Source of the DNA: Candidatus Caldarchaeum sp.
GTDB taxonomy: Archaea > Thermoproteota > Nitrososphaeria_A > Caldarchaeales > Caldarchaeaceae
Assembly: GCA_038831915.1 (NCBI GenBank)
Contig: JAWBKB010000002.1
Span: forward strand, 1-64,000
Length of the DNA: 64,000 nucleotides
Reading direction: 5' to 3'
A program made the translations under genes and the position numbers. Below, one piece after another: positions 49,823-59,993 of this stretch (position 1 is the first letter of the stretch; every line of letters begins with the position of its first letter). The notes under the pieces were generated by a model. That model made no database searches and was not told the DNA's origin. It was given only the letters and a program-made list of their open reading frames with translations.

Positions 49823-50445
49823 CTCTCGTAAAACAGATTTTAACAACACGCATCAAAAAATCCGACATAGAAGAATATTTGCGTGAAAAACTGAAGAATG
49901 CCTTGTTTGGAGGTGTCAACATCAGCTTTACTCCGCTGGGAACACGTGTCACAATTTACGCTATGAGGCCGAGCCGAGTCATCGGGCCGAAAGGCAAAGT
50001 CATCAAAGAAATCACGGAAGATTTAGAGAAGAAATTCGGAGTTGAAAACCCCGTAGTAACAGTCGTAGAAGTTGAAGTTCCCGAGCTAAACCCATACGTC
50101 ATGGCTGAAAGAATAGCACAAGACCTCGCCCGCGGCGTAAGATACCGTCGGGTGGGTTTCTGGGCTGTCCGCAGGATCATGGAAGCAGGTGCAAAAGGCG
50201 TCGAAGTTCACATCAGCGGGAAACTAACTTCTGCAAGGGCAAGAACCGAAAAATTCAGCGAGGGCTTCATGCCCAAATCAGGCGAGCTGGCGATGAAATA
50301 CGTTCTCGAAGGCAAGTCGTCGGTTCTTCTCAAAACCGGTCTTTTTGGTGTCAGGGTTCTAATCTATCCACCCGACGCTCCGCTTCCAGAGGAAATCAAG
50401 GTTAAGGTGAAGCAAAATGAAAGCGAAGGAGTTAAGGGAGCTTAG
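49819..50445 (+). CDS. rps3: Ribosomal protein S3
   Basis: KH domain VIGPKG, GAKGVEVHISGKL. Confidence 0.96.
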   Translation: MTLVKQILTTRIKKSDIEEYLREKLKNALFGGVNISFTPLGTRVTIYAMRPSRVIGPKGKVIKEITEDLEKKFGVENPVVTVVEVEVPELNPYVMAERIAQDLARGVRYRRVGFWAVRRIMEAGAKGVEVHISGKLTSARARTEKFSEGFMPKSGELAMKYVLEGKSSVLLKTGLFGVRVLIYPPDAPLPEEIKVKVKQNESEGVKGA

Positions 50446-50617
50446 CGACCGAGAGCTTCTTGAGAAAATAGCTGAGCTCAAGAGCGAGCTCCGAAAAGTG
50501 GTAACCGAGATAGGAACGGGCGGTGCGGTTCAAAACCCGATGAGGAAGAAAGAGCTTCGCAAATCAATAGCCCGAGCTTACACGATTTTAACTGAAAGGA
50601 GGTTGAAAAAGAAATGA
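50417..50617 (+). CDS. rpl29: Ribosomal protein L29
   Basis: KAKELR, NP..RKSIAR. Confidence 0.93.
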   Translation: MKAKELRELSDRELLEKIAELKSELRKVVTEIGTGGAVQNPMRKKELRKSIARAYTILTERRLKKK

Positions 50618-50862
50618 GCAAACCTTGGTCATTGTTTCTGCTCGGTAGGAGAGTAGTCGCCCGGTTCTGCAACCATGACTTCGAAGGATTGGTTGTCGGC
50701 GAAACCAAAAACACCGTCGTCATCCAAACTAAAGTTGGAGAGAAAAGAATTCCAAAGGCCGTTGCGGAATTCCGCGTCCAAACTGATGGTGAAGTTAAAA
50801 TCGAAGGGAGGCGACTGGTGGGAAGGCCTTTGGAAAGATTACTTCGAGGTGTTCGGAGATGA
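50614..50862 (+). CDS. rnp1: RNase P protein Rpp29
   Basis: GLVVGETKNT, IPK, GRPLERL. Confidence 0.88.
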   Translation: MSKPWSLFLLGRRVVARFCNHDFEGLVVGETKNTVVIQTKVGEKRIPKAVAEFRVQTDGEVKIEGRRLVGRPLERLLRGVRR

Positions 50863-51188
50863 GCGAAGTCAGAAATATCGGAGTTCCGGTCAAACCGCCG
50901 GCGAACAAATGCGAGGACAAGGACTGCCCGTTCCATGGTAAGCTTTCGGTCAGAGGTATTACGCTCACCGGCGTTGTGTTCAAGAAAAAGATGAACAAAA
51001 ACGTCGTCGTTGAAAGAGAACACACAGTTTACATCAAGAAGTTTAAACGGTATTTGCGTAGACGTTCGAGGATTTCAGCTCATCTCCCTCCCTGTCTTAA
51101 CGTGGAGGTCGGAGACAGGGTGAAGCTGATGGAATGCAGGCCTTTGAGCAAAACTGTATCCTTCGTAGTTATTGAAAAGATAGGGTGA
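50859..51188 (+). CDS. rps17: Ribosomal protein S17
   Basis: CPFHG, ECRPLSKT. Confidence 0.96.
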   Translation: MSEVRNIGVPVKPPANKCEDKDCPFHGKLSVRGITLTGVVFKKKMNKNVVVEREHTVYIKKFKRYLRRRSRISAHLPPCLNVEVGDRVKLMECRPLSKTVSFVVIEKIG

Positions 51189-51193
51189 ACAGG

Positions 51194-51628
51194 ATGGCGA
51201 AAAGATCTCGTGCGGTTGCTGCTGTTGGAATTCTCGAAAGAAGGCCGAACCTTCCACGTACAATTGTGCCAGGTTCCTTGGTCGTATGTGCTGATAACTC
51301 CGGCGCGCAGGTTCTGAAAATCATACAGGTTCACGGTATTTCTACAAGGCTGAGAAAAGTTCCCGCAGCCGCGGTTGGTGACATGCTTAGCGTAACTGTG
51401 AAGAAGGGTTCCGCGGATTTGAGGAAAAAACCCATGCACGCCATCCTAATCAGGCAGAAAAAGCCATACAGAAGGAGCGACGGAACATGGATTTCGTTTG
51501 AAGACACTGCAGCGGTTCTAGTCACTCCTGAAGGCGACCTAAAGGGAACCGAGATTAAAGGACCTGTCGCAAAAGAGGCGGCGGAAAGATGGCCACGTAT
51601 CGCAAACGCCGCCAGCATACTTGTTTGA
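51194..51628 (+). CDS. rpl14: Ribosomal protein L14
   Basis: CADNSGA, KGTEIKGPVAKE. Confidence 0.96.
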   Translation: MAKRSRAVAAVGILERRPNLPRTIVPGSLVVCADNSGAQVLKIIQVHGISTRLRKVPAAAVGDMLSVTVKKGSADLRKKPMHAILIRQKKPYRRSDGTWISFEDTAAVLVTPEGDLKGTEIKGPVAKEAAERWPRIANAASILV

Positions 51629-51638
51629 GGTGATAAAA

Positions 51639-51998
51639 TTGGTTTCAGTGCTTGCTCGCAAACAGAGGCTTCGGCGGTTCAACGCGCCTCGTCACGTGTT
51701 GGTCAAGTTTCTTTCCGTTCAACTTTCTCCCGATTTGAGGAATAAATACGGCAGACGTTCACTGACGGTTCGGGTCGGAGACACTGTGAAAGTTATGAAA
51801 GGAATATTCAAAGGCGTGGAAGGTAAGGTCAAAAGAGTCGACGTAAAACGCCAGATGGTGTACATCGAGAATGTTTCGAGGAAAAAAGCCGATGGGTCTA
51901 CGGTTGACGTGCCTATTCGAGCTCCTAACTTGATGATTACGCAGCTTAATTTGGATGACAAGCTTCGGAAAGAGAAGCTGGAGGTGAAAAAATCATGA
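51639..51998 (+). CDS. rpl24: Ribosomal protein L24
   Basis: KOW motif VRVGDTVKVMKG; start approximate. Confidence 0.94.
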   Translation: MVSVLARKQRLRRFNAPRHVLVKFLSVQLSPDLRNKYGRRSLTVRVGDTVKVMKGIFKGVEGKVKRVDVKRQMVYIENVSRKKADGSTVDVPIRAPNLMITQLNLDDKLRKEKLEVKKS

Positions 51999-52711
51999 CA
52001 CATCTGAAATCCCTCGCCGCTCCGAAACATTTTCCGAAAAAAGACACAGTCTTCACGGTGAGCCCTCGTCCCGGGCCACATCCGAAAAAACGCTCGATTC
52101 CCCTTTTAATCGTTGTCCGTCACCTGCTAAGTTACGCCGAAAACGCAAAAACAGCGAGAAAGCTGATAAGAAGTGGCAAATTTTTCGTAGACGGGAAACC
52201 TGTAAGAGACCCTCGTTACCCGCTCGGCTTAATGGATGTTTTATCTATCCCCACAACCGGCGAACATTACAGAATTCTCATACGGCCCGGCAAAGGATTA
52301 TTCCTCTTCAAAATAGCAGAACCTGAGGCTAACTTCAAGGTCTGTCAAGTGTTGCGGAAAAATCACGTTCGCGGTGGTGGTCTGATGATTGGGCTCCACG
52401 ACGGTCGTACCATATTGTTCAGAGCTGAAGAACTTGAGCGGGGACGTGCCCTAAAAATCCTCGACTCCGTCAAAATTGGATTGCCTGACCAAGACCTTCT
52501 CGAAACCGTTTCCCTCAACACAGACGTCCAAGCCTATGTTCACAGCGGAGCTCGGGCTGGACTTTATGGTAAAGTTGCGAAAATCCGCAGAGAAGTTGTT
52601 TTCCCCGACAAACCAACCGTGACCATCGAAACAACATCAGGCACTGTGACCACTCTTCTCCGTAATGTCATGCCCATAGGAGGTGAAACACCTTGGATAA
52701 CACTTCCCTAG
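51995..52711 (+). CDS. rps4e: Ribosomal protein S4e
   Basis: HLKSLAAP, PRPGPH, PLGLMDV, HDGR. Confidence 0.95.
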   Translation: MTHLKSLAAPKHFPKKDTVFTVSPRPGPHPKKRSIPLLIVVRHLLSYAENAKTARKLIRSGKFFVDGKPVRDPRYPLGLMDVLSIPTTGEHYRILIRPGKGLFLFKIAEPEANFKVCQVLRKNHVRGGGLMIGLHDGRTILFRAEELERGRALKILDSVKIGLPDQDLLETVSLNTDVQAYVHSGARAGLYGKVAKIRREVVFPDKPTVTIETTSGTVTTLLRNVMPIGGETPWITLP

Positions 52712-53217
52712 AGCTCATCACAAAGCCCCGCATTGAAAAGGTTGTTGTCAACTGTTGCGTTGGCGAGGGAGGTGCGAAGCTCGAAAAAGCTCAGAAAATC
52801 ATCGAATCGCTTGTAGGGCAGGTTCCCGAGGTAAGGAAAGCTCGCAAAACCATTCGAGGATTTGGAATTCATCGTGGCGAGCCCATAGCCATACGCGTAA
52901 CTTTGAGGAAACAGCTTGCAGAAGAATTTCTGCGAAAAGTACTCGCAGCCGTGAACAACCGAGTCAAAAAATCCTCGATAGACAAAGATGGAAACATTTC
53001 CTTCGGCATCAAAGAGCATCTCGACATTCCCGGCACTCGTTACAACCCTGAACTAGGCATCATCGGAATGGATGTCACAATTCATCTTAGCAAGCCCGGC
53101 TACCGTGTTAGTAAAAGGGCTTACAGGCCTTCTAAAGTTGGGAGGAGGCAAATGGTTTCTGTGTATGAAGCTGTTGAGTTTTTGAAAAACCTTGGTGTTG
53201 AGGTGGTTGAAGAATGA
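52693..53217 (+). CDS. rpl5: Ribosomal protein L5
   Basis: EKVVVN, SFGIKEH, GIIGMD. Confidence 0.95.
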   Translation: MDNTSLELITKPRIEKVVVNCCVGEGGAKLEKAQKIIESLVGQVPEVRKARKTIRGFGIHRGEPIAIRVTLRKQLAEEFLRKVLAAVNNRVKKSSIDKDGNISFGIKEHLDIPGTRYNPELGIIGMDVTIHLSKPGYRVSKRAYRPSKVGRRQMVSVYEAVEFLKNLGVEVVEE

Positions 53218-53375
53218 AGCACAAACCGCCGAAACAGCGGAAGTTTGGTAAAGGTGTTCACGTCTGCCGTAGATGTGGCACTAGCGTTGGCGTCATAAGA
53301 AAATACGGGCTATATCTTTGCCGGAGATGCATCAACGAAGTAGGTCCGAAAATTGGGTTCTACGTTTATGACTAG
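53214..53375 (+). CDS. rps14: Ribosomal protein S14 (zinc type; not in the ORF track)
   Basis: Manual translation MKHKPPKQRKFGKGVHVCRRCG...KYGLYLCRRC... Confidence 0.95.
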   Translation: MKHKPPKQRKFGKGVHVCRRCGTSVGVIRKYGLYLCRRCINEVGPKIGFYVYD

Positions 53376-53386
53376 GTGAATAAAAA

Positions 53387-53770
53387 ATGAGCGACCTTGT
53401 TTCATCCTTGTTCACTACTTTGCAAAACAACGAAATGGTTAGAAACAGAGAATGCATCGTAAAAACTTCGAAGCTAGTGGGAGAAATTCTCAAAGTTCTG
53501 CAGAGACACGGATACATCGGTGCCTTCGAGTACATCGACAACGGGCGAGGAGGACTTTTCAAAATCCAGCTTCTCGGAAGAATCAACAAATCGGCTCCGA
53601 TAAAACCCCGTATTGCGGTAAAAGCTTCGCAGTATGAATTTTTCGAGCAGAGGTTCTTACCGGGCCGCAACATCGGCCTTCTAGTGGTCACCACGCCGAA
53701 AGGAGTGATGTCGCATGAAGAGGCTAAAAAACAATCAACCGGAGGGAGGTTGCTTGGCTACGTCTACTAA
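53387..53770 (+). CDS. rps8: Ribosomal protein S8
   Basis: GYIGAFE, TTPKGVMSH, GGRLLGYVY. Confidence 0.96.
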   Translation: MSDLVSSLFTTLQNNEMVRNRECIVKTSKLVGEILKVLQRHGYIGAFEYIDNGRGGLFKIQLLGRINKSAPIKPRIAVKASQYEFFEQRFLPGRNIGLLVVTTPKGVMSHEEAKKQSTGGRLLGYVY

Positions 53771-54299
53771 ATACGTAGAGGAATCACTTCCACTGCCCAC
53801 CGATGCCTCCGTCAAAGTGGAAGGCAAACAGCTTATCTTCGAGGGAAAGAAAGGGCGATTCGTCAAGGACGTGAGCCATATTCCCGCCGACATCAAGATT
53901 GAAAACGGGAAAATTGTTTTCCGTGTTCCAGGTCGTTCGAGAAAGGCAAAGGCCCTCGCCGGAACACTTGTTTCCATCGTCAAAAACGGCATCGAAGGTG
54001 TTTCGAAGGGCTACACCTACAAGTTGAAAATTATTTCGTCACATTTCCCGATAACAGTAAAGGTGGTGGGAAAGGAAGTTCACATAAGCAACTTCATAGG
54101 CGAAAGATACGTTCGGAAGGCACAGATTGTGGGAGACGTTTCTGTCCAAGTCAAGGGAGATGAAATAATTGTTTCGGGAATTGATAAAGAAAAAGTAGGC
54201 CAGACCGCTGCCAACATCGAGAACGCCACAAAAATCCCCCGAAAAGACCCACGTAAATTTTTGGACGGAATCTATGTTGCTGAAAAATCATTTGGGTGA
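53754..54299 (+). CDS. rpl6: Ribosomal protein L6
   Basis: HFP, NFIGE, DPRKFLDGIY. Confidence 0.96.
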   Translation: MATSTKYVEESLPLPTDASVKVEGKQLIFEGKKGRFVKDVSHIPADIKIENGKIVFRVPGRSRKAKALAGTLVSIVKNGIEGVSKGYTYKLKIISSHFPITVKVVGKEVHISNFIGERYVRKAQIVGDVSVQVKGDEIIVSGIDKEKVGQTAANIENATKIPRKDPRKFLDGIYVAEKSFG

Positions 54300-54305
54300 T
54301 GCAGA

Positions 54306-54689
54306 ATGCTTCCGAAGCGAATTTTGAAGAAAAGGAGAAAAACGCCGGAATTTGTCCGACAAGAAAGTTGGCGGTACAAAAGGCTTGAAACCAGTTACCG
54401 AAGGCCCAGGGGTAAGGACAGCCGGATGAGGCTGCAGAAAAGCGGTTCACCTCCGTTGGCAAAAATCGGATACGGAAGCCCGCGGAAATATCGAGGACTT
54501 CATCCTTCAGGCTACAGAGAAGTGCTTGTCATGTCAGTCGCTGAGCTTGAAAACCTCAACCCTTCAAGCGATGCCGTACGCATCTCAGGACGCCTCGGGT
54601 TGAAGAAAAAACGGGAAATTTTCGACGCAGCACGCGCCAAAGGACTTAAAGTACTTAATCCACCCATCAAGGCTGGTGGTGGTTCATGA
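54306..54689 (+). CDS. rpl32e: Ribosomal protein L32e
   Basis: FVRQES, RPRG.DS, GLHPSG. Confidence 0.96.
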   Translation: MLPKRILKKRRKTPEFVRQESWRYKRLETSYRRPRGKDSRMRLQKSGSPPLAKIGYGSPRKYRGLHPSGYREVLVMSVAELENLNPSSDAVRISGRLGLKKKREIFDAARAKGLKVLNPPIKAGGGS

Positions 54690-55120
54690 CGCTGGAAATG
54701 CAGAAAAGAATGGCCGCGGATTTACTCGAATGCGGCGTCACACGTGTTAGATTCGACCCGGAGAGACTCGAAGACATCGAATCAGCGATAACAAGGGCAG
54801 AAATACGTAAGCTTATCGCTGACGGGGCCATCTACAAAATCCCAGCCAAAGGAGTTAGCAGAGCTAGGTACGAGCCGGAAAGGAAGAGAAAGGAAGGAAG
54901 TCGGAAAGGAGGCAAGCATTCGATAATTCCGCGTAAAACCATGTGGATGACCAGAGTCAGAGCACAGCGAGCCTACCTACGGAAGCTCCGAGATACAGGA
55001 ATGATAGACACACAGGATTACCGGATTCTATACAGCTACGTGAAAGCTGGCAATTTTAAATCAGTCGCAGCTCTCAAAGAGTACATTAGAAGCAAGGGAC
55101 TTTTGAAGGAGGCTATGTAA
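54686..55120 (+). CDS. rpl19e: Ribosomal protein L19e
   Basis: QKRMAA, GSRKG, WM.RVRAQR. Confidence 0.95.
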   Translation: MTLEMQKRMAADLLECGVTRVRFDPERLEDIESAITRAEIRKLIADGAIYKIPAKGVSRARYEPERKRKEGSRKGGKHSIIPRKTMWMTRVRAQRAYLRKLRDTGMIDTQDYRILYSYVKAGNFKSVAALKEYIRSKGLLKEAM

Positions 55121-55121
55121 A

Positions 55122-55700
55122 ATGTCCAAACCTCCTCTCAGGATGAAGCCAAGAAGAAGACGCCAGGGATACACAGACTATCGTAAACGTCTCGCTTTAG
55201 TGAAATCAGGCGTCGAACGACTCGTGGTCAGGAGAACTAACAGACGAATTATCGTGCAGGTTGTGAAATCGAAAGCAAAAGGCGACAACACTTTGATAAC
55301 CGTTTTTTCTGATGTTTTGAAGCAGTACGGATGGAAAGGTTCGTTCAAATCGGTTCCAGCCGCATATTTGACTGGGTTGTTGGCGGGTAAAAAAGCTCTC
55401 GAAAAAGGCCTTTCTAAGGCTATTGTTGACATAGGTCTATTCAGGTCGGTGAAGGGCTCGAGGCTTTATGCCTCGGTTAAAGGAGCCATCGACGCTGGGC
55501 TCGAAATTCCGGTTGATGAAAAAGTGTTACCTGAAGGGGACAGAATCCTCGGAAAACATATTTCAGAATACGTTGAAAAAATAATCGAAAGTCCTCACGG
55601 CTATCAGTTTATCGCCTCTGACAAAGAATACCTTCTTAAGCTCGACGAAGAAGTTGAACGAATTAAGAACTTAATCATCGGAGGGGGACAAAATGAGTGA
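55122..55700 (+). CDS. rpl18: Ribosomal protein L18
   Basis: RRRRQGYTDY, AAYLTG. Confidence 0.95.
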   Translation: MSKPPLRMKPRRRRQGYTDYRKRLALVKSGVERLVVRRTNRRIIVQVVKSKAKGDNTLITVFSDVLKQYGWKGSFKSVPAAYLTGLLAGKKALEKGLSKAIVDIGLFRSVKGSRLYASVKGAIDAGLEIPVDEKVLPEGDRILGKHISEYVEKIIESPHGYQFIASDKEYLLKLDEEVERIKNLIIGGGQNE

Positions 55701-56307
55701 ATGGGTTCCGAAAACCAGCTTAGGCAGAATGGTGCTTGAAGGCAAAATTACTTCGATTGACCAGGTCTTTCAATCGCATGGAAAAATTCTCGAACCCGAG
55801 ATCGTCGACAGATTGTTGCCAAACTTGGAACAAGAAGTCATTGATGTCAAACTTGTTCAGCGGCAGACCGACGCGGGTGAAAAAACCCGTTTTAAAGCTC
55901 TTGTCGTGGTGGGTAACCGCGACGGATACATCGGCATCGGCACTGGTAAATCATCACAGGTTGTTTTAGCTATCGAGAAAGCAATCAGGAACGCAAAGCT
56001 TTCCATAGTGCCTGTTAAAAGAGGATGCGGGAGCTGGGAATGTGCATGCGGCGAGCCGCACAGTGTTTATATCAAAACTGAAGGCAAACATGGAAGCGTG
56101 CGCATTCAGGTTTTGCCGGCACCGAGAGGCCTCGGCCTAGTAGCCGGTGAATCTCAGAAAATTGTCTTCGCTTTGGCTGGAATATCGGATGTCTGGACCA
56201 GAGCCTTCGGCGAAACACGGACATCTCTTTCGGTAGTCGGAGCCACCTATGAAGCTCTCAAAGCAACCAATCAAGCTGTCCTGCCAGAATTGTGGAGGAC
56301 GGTGTAA
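55693..56307 (+). CDS. rps5: Ribosomal protein S5
   Basis: WVPKT.LG, RGCGSWEC, PAPRGLG. Confidence 0.96.
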   Translation: MSEWVPKTSLGRMVLEGKITSIDQVFQSHGKILEPEIVDRLLPNLEQEVIDVKLVQRQTDAGEKTRFKALVVVGNRDGYIGIGTGKSSQVVLAIEKAIRNAKLSIVPVKRGCGSWECACGEPHSVYIKTEGKHGSVRIQVLPAPRGLGLVAGESQKIVFALAGISDVWTRAFGETRTSLSVVGATYEALKATNQAVLPELWRTV

Positions 56308-56308
56308 A

Positions 56309-56719
56309 ATGCCGGTCGTAGCGGTTGTGCGAATAAAAGGAAACGTAGGCATCGACCCAGACGTCAAAAAAACGTTAGAATCTCTCAAACTCGAAAAAGC
56401 TTTTACAGCGGCCCTTTTCAATCACAGCCAATCCCTCGAAGGCATGCTCAAAAAAGCTCAACGCTACCTAACGTGGGGAAAACCTAACAAACAAACTATA
56501 TTCACTCTGCTGAAGAGGTCCGGATACGCTGGCGACGATTTAGTGTCATTCGCCGAAAAACTCGAAAGAGACGAGGAAAAGCTGCTTCATCCTGTCTACG
56601 TAAACCTTCATCCACCCAAGAAGGGCTTTAGATATTCTGTGAAACGGGCTTTCAAGATGAAAGGAGAATACGGAGACCGTGGCGAAGACATCAACGAACT
56701 TTTCCGACGCATGGTTTAG
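56309..56719 (+). CDS. rpl30: Ribosomal protein L30 (uL30)
   Basis: AVVRIKG, LHPPKKG, GDRGEDINEL. Confidence 0.93.
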   Translation: MPVVAVVRIKGNVGIDPDVKKTLESLKLEKAFTAALFNHSQSLEGMLKKAQRYLTWGKPNKQTIFTLLKRSGYAGDDLVSFAEKLERDEEKLLHPVYVNLHPPKKGFRYSVKRAFKMKGEYGDRGEDINELFRRMV

Positions 56720-56782
56720 CCGGGAAACACTTATTAGCAGACCGGTTTCTCATAGCCGTGGATTCAATTTTAGGTGAAATTC

Positions 56783-57196
56783 ATGCCGACAAGGCTGAGA
56801 AAAGTCCGTAAATTCAGAGGTTCGCGGACGCATGGATGGGGACAAATAGGACAGCATAGGAAAACAGGTGCTAAAGGAGGTCGAGGAATGGCGGGAGGCC
56901 ACAAACACAAATGGACCAAGCTCCTCAAAACAAACTACTTTGGGAAACATGGATTCGTCCCGGTAAAACGAATCACAAACCGAATCGCGAATTTCATGAC
57001 AGTCACGAAAATCGCCGAGGAAACAGGAAGCACTGTGGTCAACCTCGCTGAAAAAGGCTATGACAAACTTCTTGGAGACGGTCGGGTAGACAAGCCCTAT
57101 ACCGTTGTTGTTGAGAAATGGAGCCGCAAAGCTGAAGAAAAACTCAAACAAATGGGCGGCAAGCTCATCAAACCAGCAGAGCTGGTGACGGCATGA
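56783..57196 (+). CDS. rpl15: Ribosomal protein L15
   Basis: RGSRTHGWG, GGRGMAG, FGKHGF. Confidence 0.96.
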   Translation: MPTRLRKVRKFRGSRTHGWGQIGQHRKTGAKGGRGMAGGHKHKWTKLLKTNYFGKHGFVPVKRITNRIANFMTVTKIAEETGSTVVNLAEKGYDKLLGDGRVDKPYTVVVEKWSRKAEEKLKQMGGKLIKPAELVTA

Positions 57197-58626
57197 GCGA
57201 AAAATCACCGGTCAGAGTTTTTTTTGAAAAAGTTTCTAGAGTTCTACCAGAGATAAAGAAGCCGGGTAGAAAAGTCGGCCTTGGTGAAAAACTTGCTTGG
57301 ACCGCTCTGGCACTTGTTGTTTACAGCTGGATGGGGCACACGCTTCTTTATGGACTGCCGACGGGCCAGCAAGTCGGCCAAAGCCCAGTGCTGCTAAACG
57401 TTGTTTTCGCCCAGAAAACCGGGACACTCATCACACTGGGAATAGGCCCGATAGTCACGGCGGGGCTTATCCTACAGCTTTTGGTAGGCGCCGAACTGAT
57501 AAAACTCGACCTCAAAAAAAGCGAAGACAGAGCTCTATTCACATCAGTCAGTAAAATCTTCGCCATCATCATAGCTGTGTTTCAAGGAGCTGCGTACGTC
57601 TCGGCTGGGTTTTTCGGCCCCACTACGGAAACGCAGAACTTAGCTATTTTTGTCCAGCTTGTCGCCGCGACCATACTGATTATACTGCTTGACGAACTTG
57701 TGCAAAAAGGTTGGGGGCTTGGAAGCGGAATAAGTCTTTTTATAGTGGCTGGAGTTGCTGAAGAGATATTCGTTTCCCTGTTTTCACCGATCATTCTCCC
57801 GGACGAAATCTACCAAGGAATCATTCTGGCACTGTTTCAGACATTAGTGGCTGGAAACATAGGAGCGATTTTGATACGCGCGGGAGGATTCCCAGACCTT
57901 GTTGGATTTATTTCCACGATTTTTCTGATTGGCGCCCTCATCTATATAGAGGCGATCCGCGTCGAAATCCCGATTTCATACGCTAAATTCCAAGGATACC
58001 GTGCCAAATATCCCGTTAAACTACTGTATGTTTCAAACGTGCCGATAATTTTCGCAACGACAGTGTTCAGCAATATTTTCTACTTGGGCTCGCTCGTTTG
58101 GAGCAGGTTCAACCCCAACAACGAAAACGTCTTCCTCAACCTCATCGGCACTTATACCTTTGACCAAGAAGCTGGAACGGTTGTCGCAACCGGCGGCCTA
58201 GCCTACTACGTCATCGGCCCGAGAGGACTTGCAAGCGTTTTCGAGGACCCGACGAGAGCTGTTGTCCATGCAGGGCTGCTGATAATGTTCGCCGTGCTTT
58301 TCGCGAAGTTCTGGGTACAAATATCAGGCCTCGCGCCTGAAAAAGTGGCTGAACAGTTGATCAGCGCAGGGATGCAGGTCCCTGGCTTTAGAAGGTCGCC
58401 GGAAATCATAGCCAGCATAATCAAAAAATACATCGGAACTGTTACGATTTTGGGAGGGTTGATAATCGGAACTGTCGCGAGCGTCGCAGATTACCTCGCA
58501 GTCTACGGCTCTGGTATAGGGATTCTTCTGACAATAGGCATTCTTCATCAATACTATCAGCTGCTGGTGAGAGAGAGAATTTCCGAAATGTATCCTGCTC
58601 TCGGAAAACTGCTTGGAAGTGACTAA
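57193..58626 (+). CDS. secY: Preprotein translocase SecY
   Basis: LGIGPIVTAG, GWGLGSGISLFI, YVSNVP, QVPGFR. Confidence 0.97.
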   Translation: MSEKSPVRVFFEKVSRVLPEIKKPGRKVGLGEKLAWTALALVVYSWMGHTLLYGLPTGQQVGQSPVLLNVVFAQKTGTLITLGIGPIVTAGLILQLLVGAELIKLDLKKSEDRALFTSVSKIFAIIIAVFQGAAYVSAGFFGPTTETQNLAIFVQLVAATILIILLDELVQKGWGLGSGISLFIVAGVAEEIFVSLFSPIILPDEIYQGIILALFQTLVAGNIGAILIRAGGFPDLVGFISTIFLIGALIYIEAIRVEIPISYAKFQGYRAKYPVKLLYVSNVPIIFATTVFSNIFYLGSLVWSRFNPNNENVFLNLIGTYTFDQEAGTVVATGGLAYYVIGPRGLASVFEDPTRAVVHAGLLIMFAVLFAKFWVQISGLAPEKVAEQLISAGMQVPGFRRSPEIIASIIKKYIGTVTILGGLIIGTVASVADYLAVYGSGIGILLTIGILHQYYQLLVRERISEMYPALGKLLGSD

Positions 58627-58628
58627 AA

Positions 58629-59150
58629 ATGCTGGTCGACATGATGATGATTTTATCTATCGCAGCAGCTCTTTCTTCAGCTACTTCGGTCCTCCGCAAA
58701 GTGGTTTTCAAACGCGAAGACTATTTGAAGATGGCCGAACTTCAGGCCTACAACCGTGAGCTGATGAACGCGACACGTAAAAAAGACCAGAAAACAATTC
58801 AGAAACTTCAAAAAAAGAAAGCATACATTCAGCAGATAAACGCGGACATCACAAAGAAAAACCTCGTCACGATGTTTTCCAGCCTTCTACTTTTCTTCAC
58901 GGTGTATCCTTTGTTGGTAGGTTTTTTCGGCGACGTAGTTGTAGGCTACACTCCGATAGGGCTGGATATTCCGTTTATAACGGAGCAGGGCCAGCTAAAG
59001 TTCTACGGATGGTTTATTTTGTCGTTTTTCGCTGTAAGTTCACCCATCGCGAAAGCGCTGGGCCTCGGTTTAACTGGATTACCTCCATCACAAGGTGAGA
59101 AAGATGAGAAGAAGTTTAAGGACACGAAGCAAAAAGAGAAAGACGATTAG
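58629..59150 (+). CDS. DUF106 (EMC3/TMCO1/Oxa1-superfamily) membrane protein
   Basis: TM, coiled coil, TM layout with FYGWFILS; follows secY. Confidence 0.8.
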   Translation: MLVDMMMILSIAAALSSATSVLRKVVFKREDYLKMAELQAYNRELMNATRKKDQKTIQKLQKKKAYIQQINADITKKNLVTMFSSLLLFFTVYPLLVGFFGDVVVGYTPIGLDIPFITEQGQLKFYGWFILSFFAVSSPIAKALGLGLTGLPPSQGEKDEKKFKDTKQKEKDD

Positions 59151-59364
59151 GACCCCCGGTGGAAAGCTCAAACTTCAGTTCAGAAAGGAACTGCCAGGCC
59201 CGAGACGATGCAGGTTCTGCGGCTTAGAAATTCATGGCATATCGAAAGACCGTGGTGTCGCGCATTCAGAAAGAACCGTTGGAAGAATTTACGGAGGAGA
59301 GGTCTGCCATCGCTGCCTCGAAAAATCCATGGTTACCGCCGTCGCTTCCGAATGGTTAAAGTAA
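59104..59364 (+). CDS. rpl34e: Ribosomal protein L34e
   Basis: RTPGG, CRFCG, YGGEVCHRC. Confidence 0.93.
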   Translation: MRRSLRTRSKKRKTIRTPGGKLKLQFRKELPGPRRCRFCGLEIHGISKDRGVAHSERTVGRIYGGEVCHRCLEKSMVTAVASEWLK

Positions 59365-59929
59365 AGTAGTTTTTAGCCGTTTCCGCTATTACTTCAGCCA
59401 CTTCAACAGGCTTCATCCTTGAAGTGTCCACTATGAGATGAAAGGGTGAAAAGTCTTCTCCAATCTTTATTCTGTACAGCCGGTAATAGATGCGGGCGCT
59501 TTTCCTATCTCGTTGTTTGAGAAGTTTCATCGCTTTTGGGATGGATAGTTTGCTGCGTTCCGCCATCCTTCGGGCCCGCGTTATTTCGTCAGCCGTCAGC
59601 CAGACTTTGAAAGCATTTTTGTCGCAGAGCCATGGCATGACCCATGAATCGACGACAACACCGCCTTTTTTGCACAGTTGAAGAAGCTTTTTGTCGACTT
59701 TGCGGTCGAAGCTTGGGTCTTGTCCACGTATTAGCAGAAATTTGACGCCGTTCGGTGTTTCCCACCATCCTGCCCCGCCGGGCTTGAAGCCCATCTCCTT
59801 GGCGACGGCTTTTAACGCGTCCCCGCCCGAAACATATTTGAGCTTCAACTTCTTAGCGAGGAGCTTGCCTACGGTGGATTTACCGACGGCGGCGAAACCA
59901 GCTAAGCAGACGACGGGTCTCGTAGCCAT
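59333..59929 (-). CDS. cmk: Cytidylate kinase (archaeal type)
   Basis: GFAAVGKST, YVSGG, DRKVD; adjacent to L34e and L14e. Confidence 0.85.
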   Translation of the reverse strand: MATRPVVCLAGFAAVGKSTVGKLLAKKLKLKYVSGGDALKAVAKEMGFKPGGAGWWETPNGVKFLLIRGQDPSFDRKVDKKLLQLCKKGGVVVDSWVMPWLCDKNAFKVWLTADEITRARRMAERSKLSIPKAMKLLKQRDRKSARIYYRLYRIKIGEDFSPFHLIVDTSRMKPVEVAEVIAETAKNYFTLTIRKRRR

Positions 59930-59993
59930 GTTAACGAAAGTTCGCTGCGGAATTTATGTATAAAAATCATCTTTGCAAGCTCTTTTTTCAGAC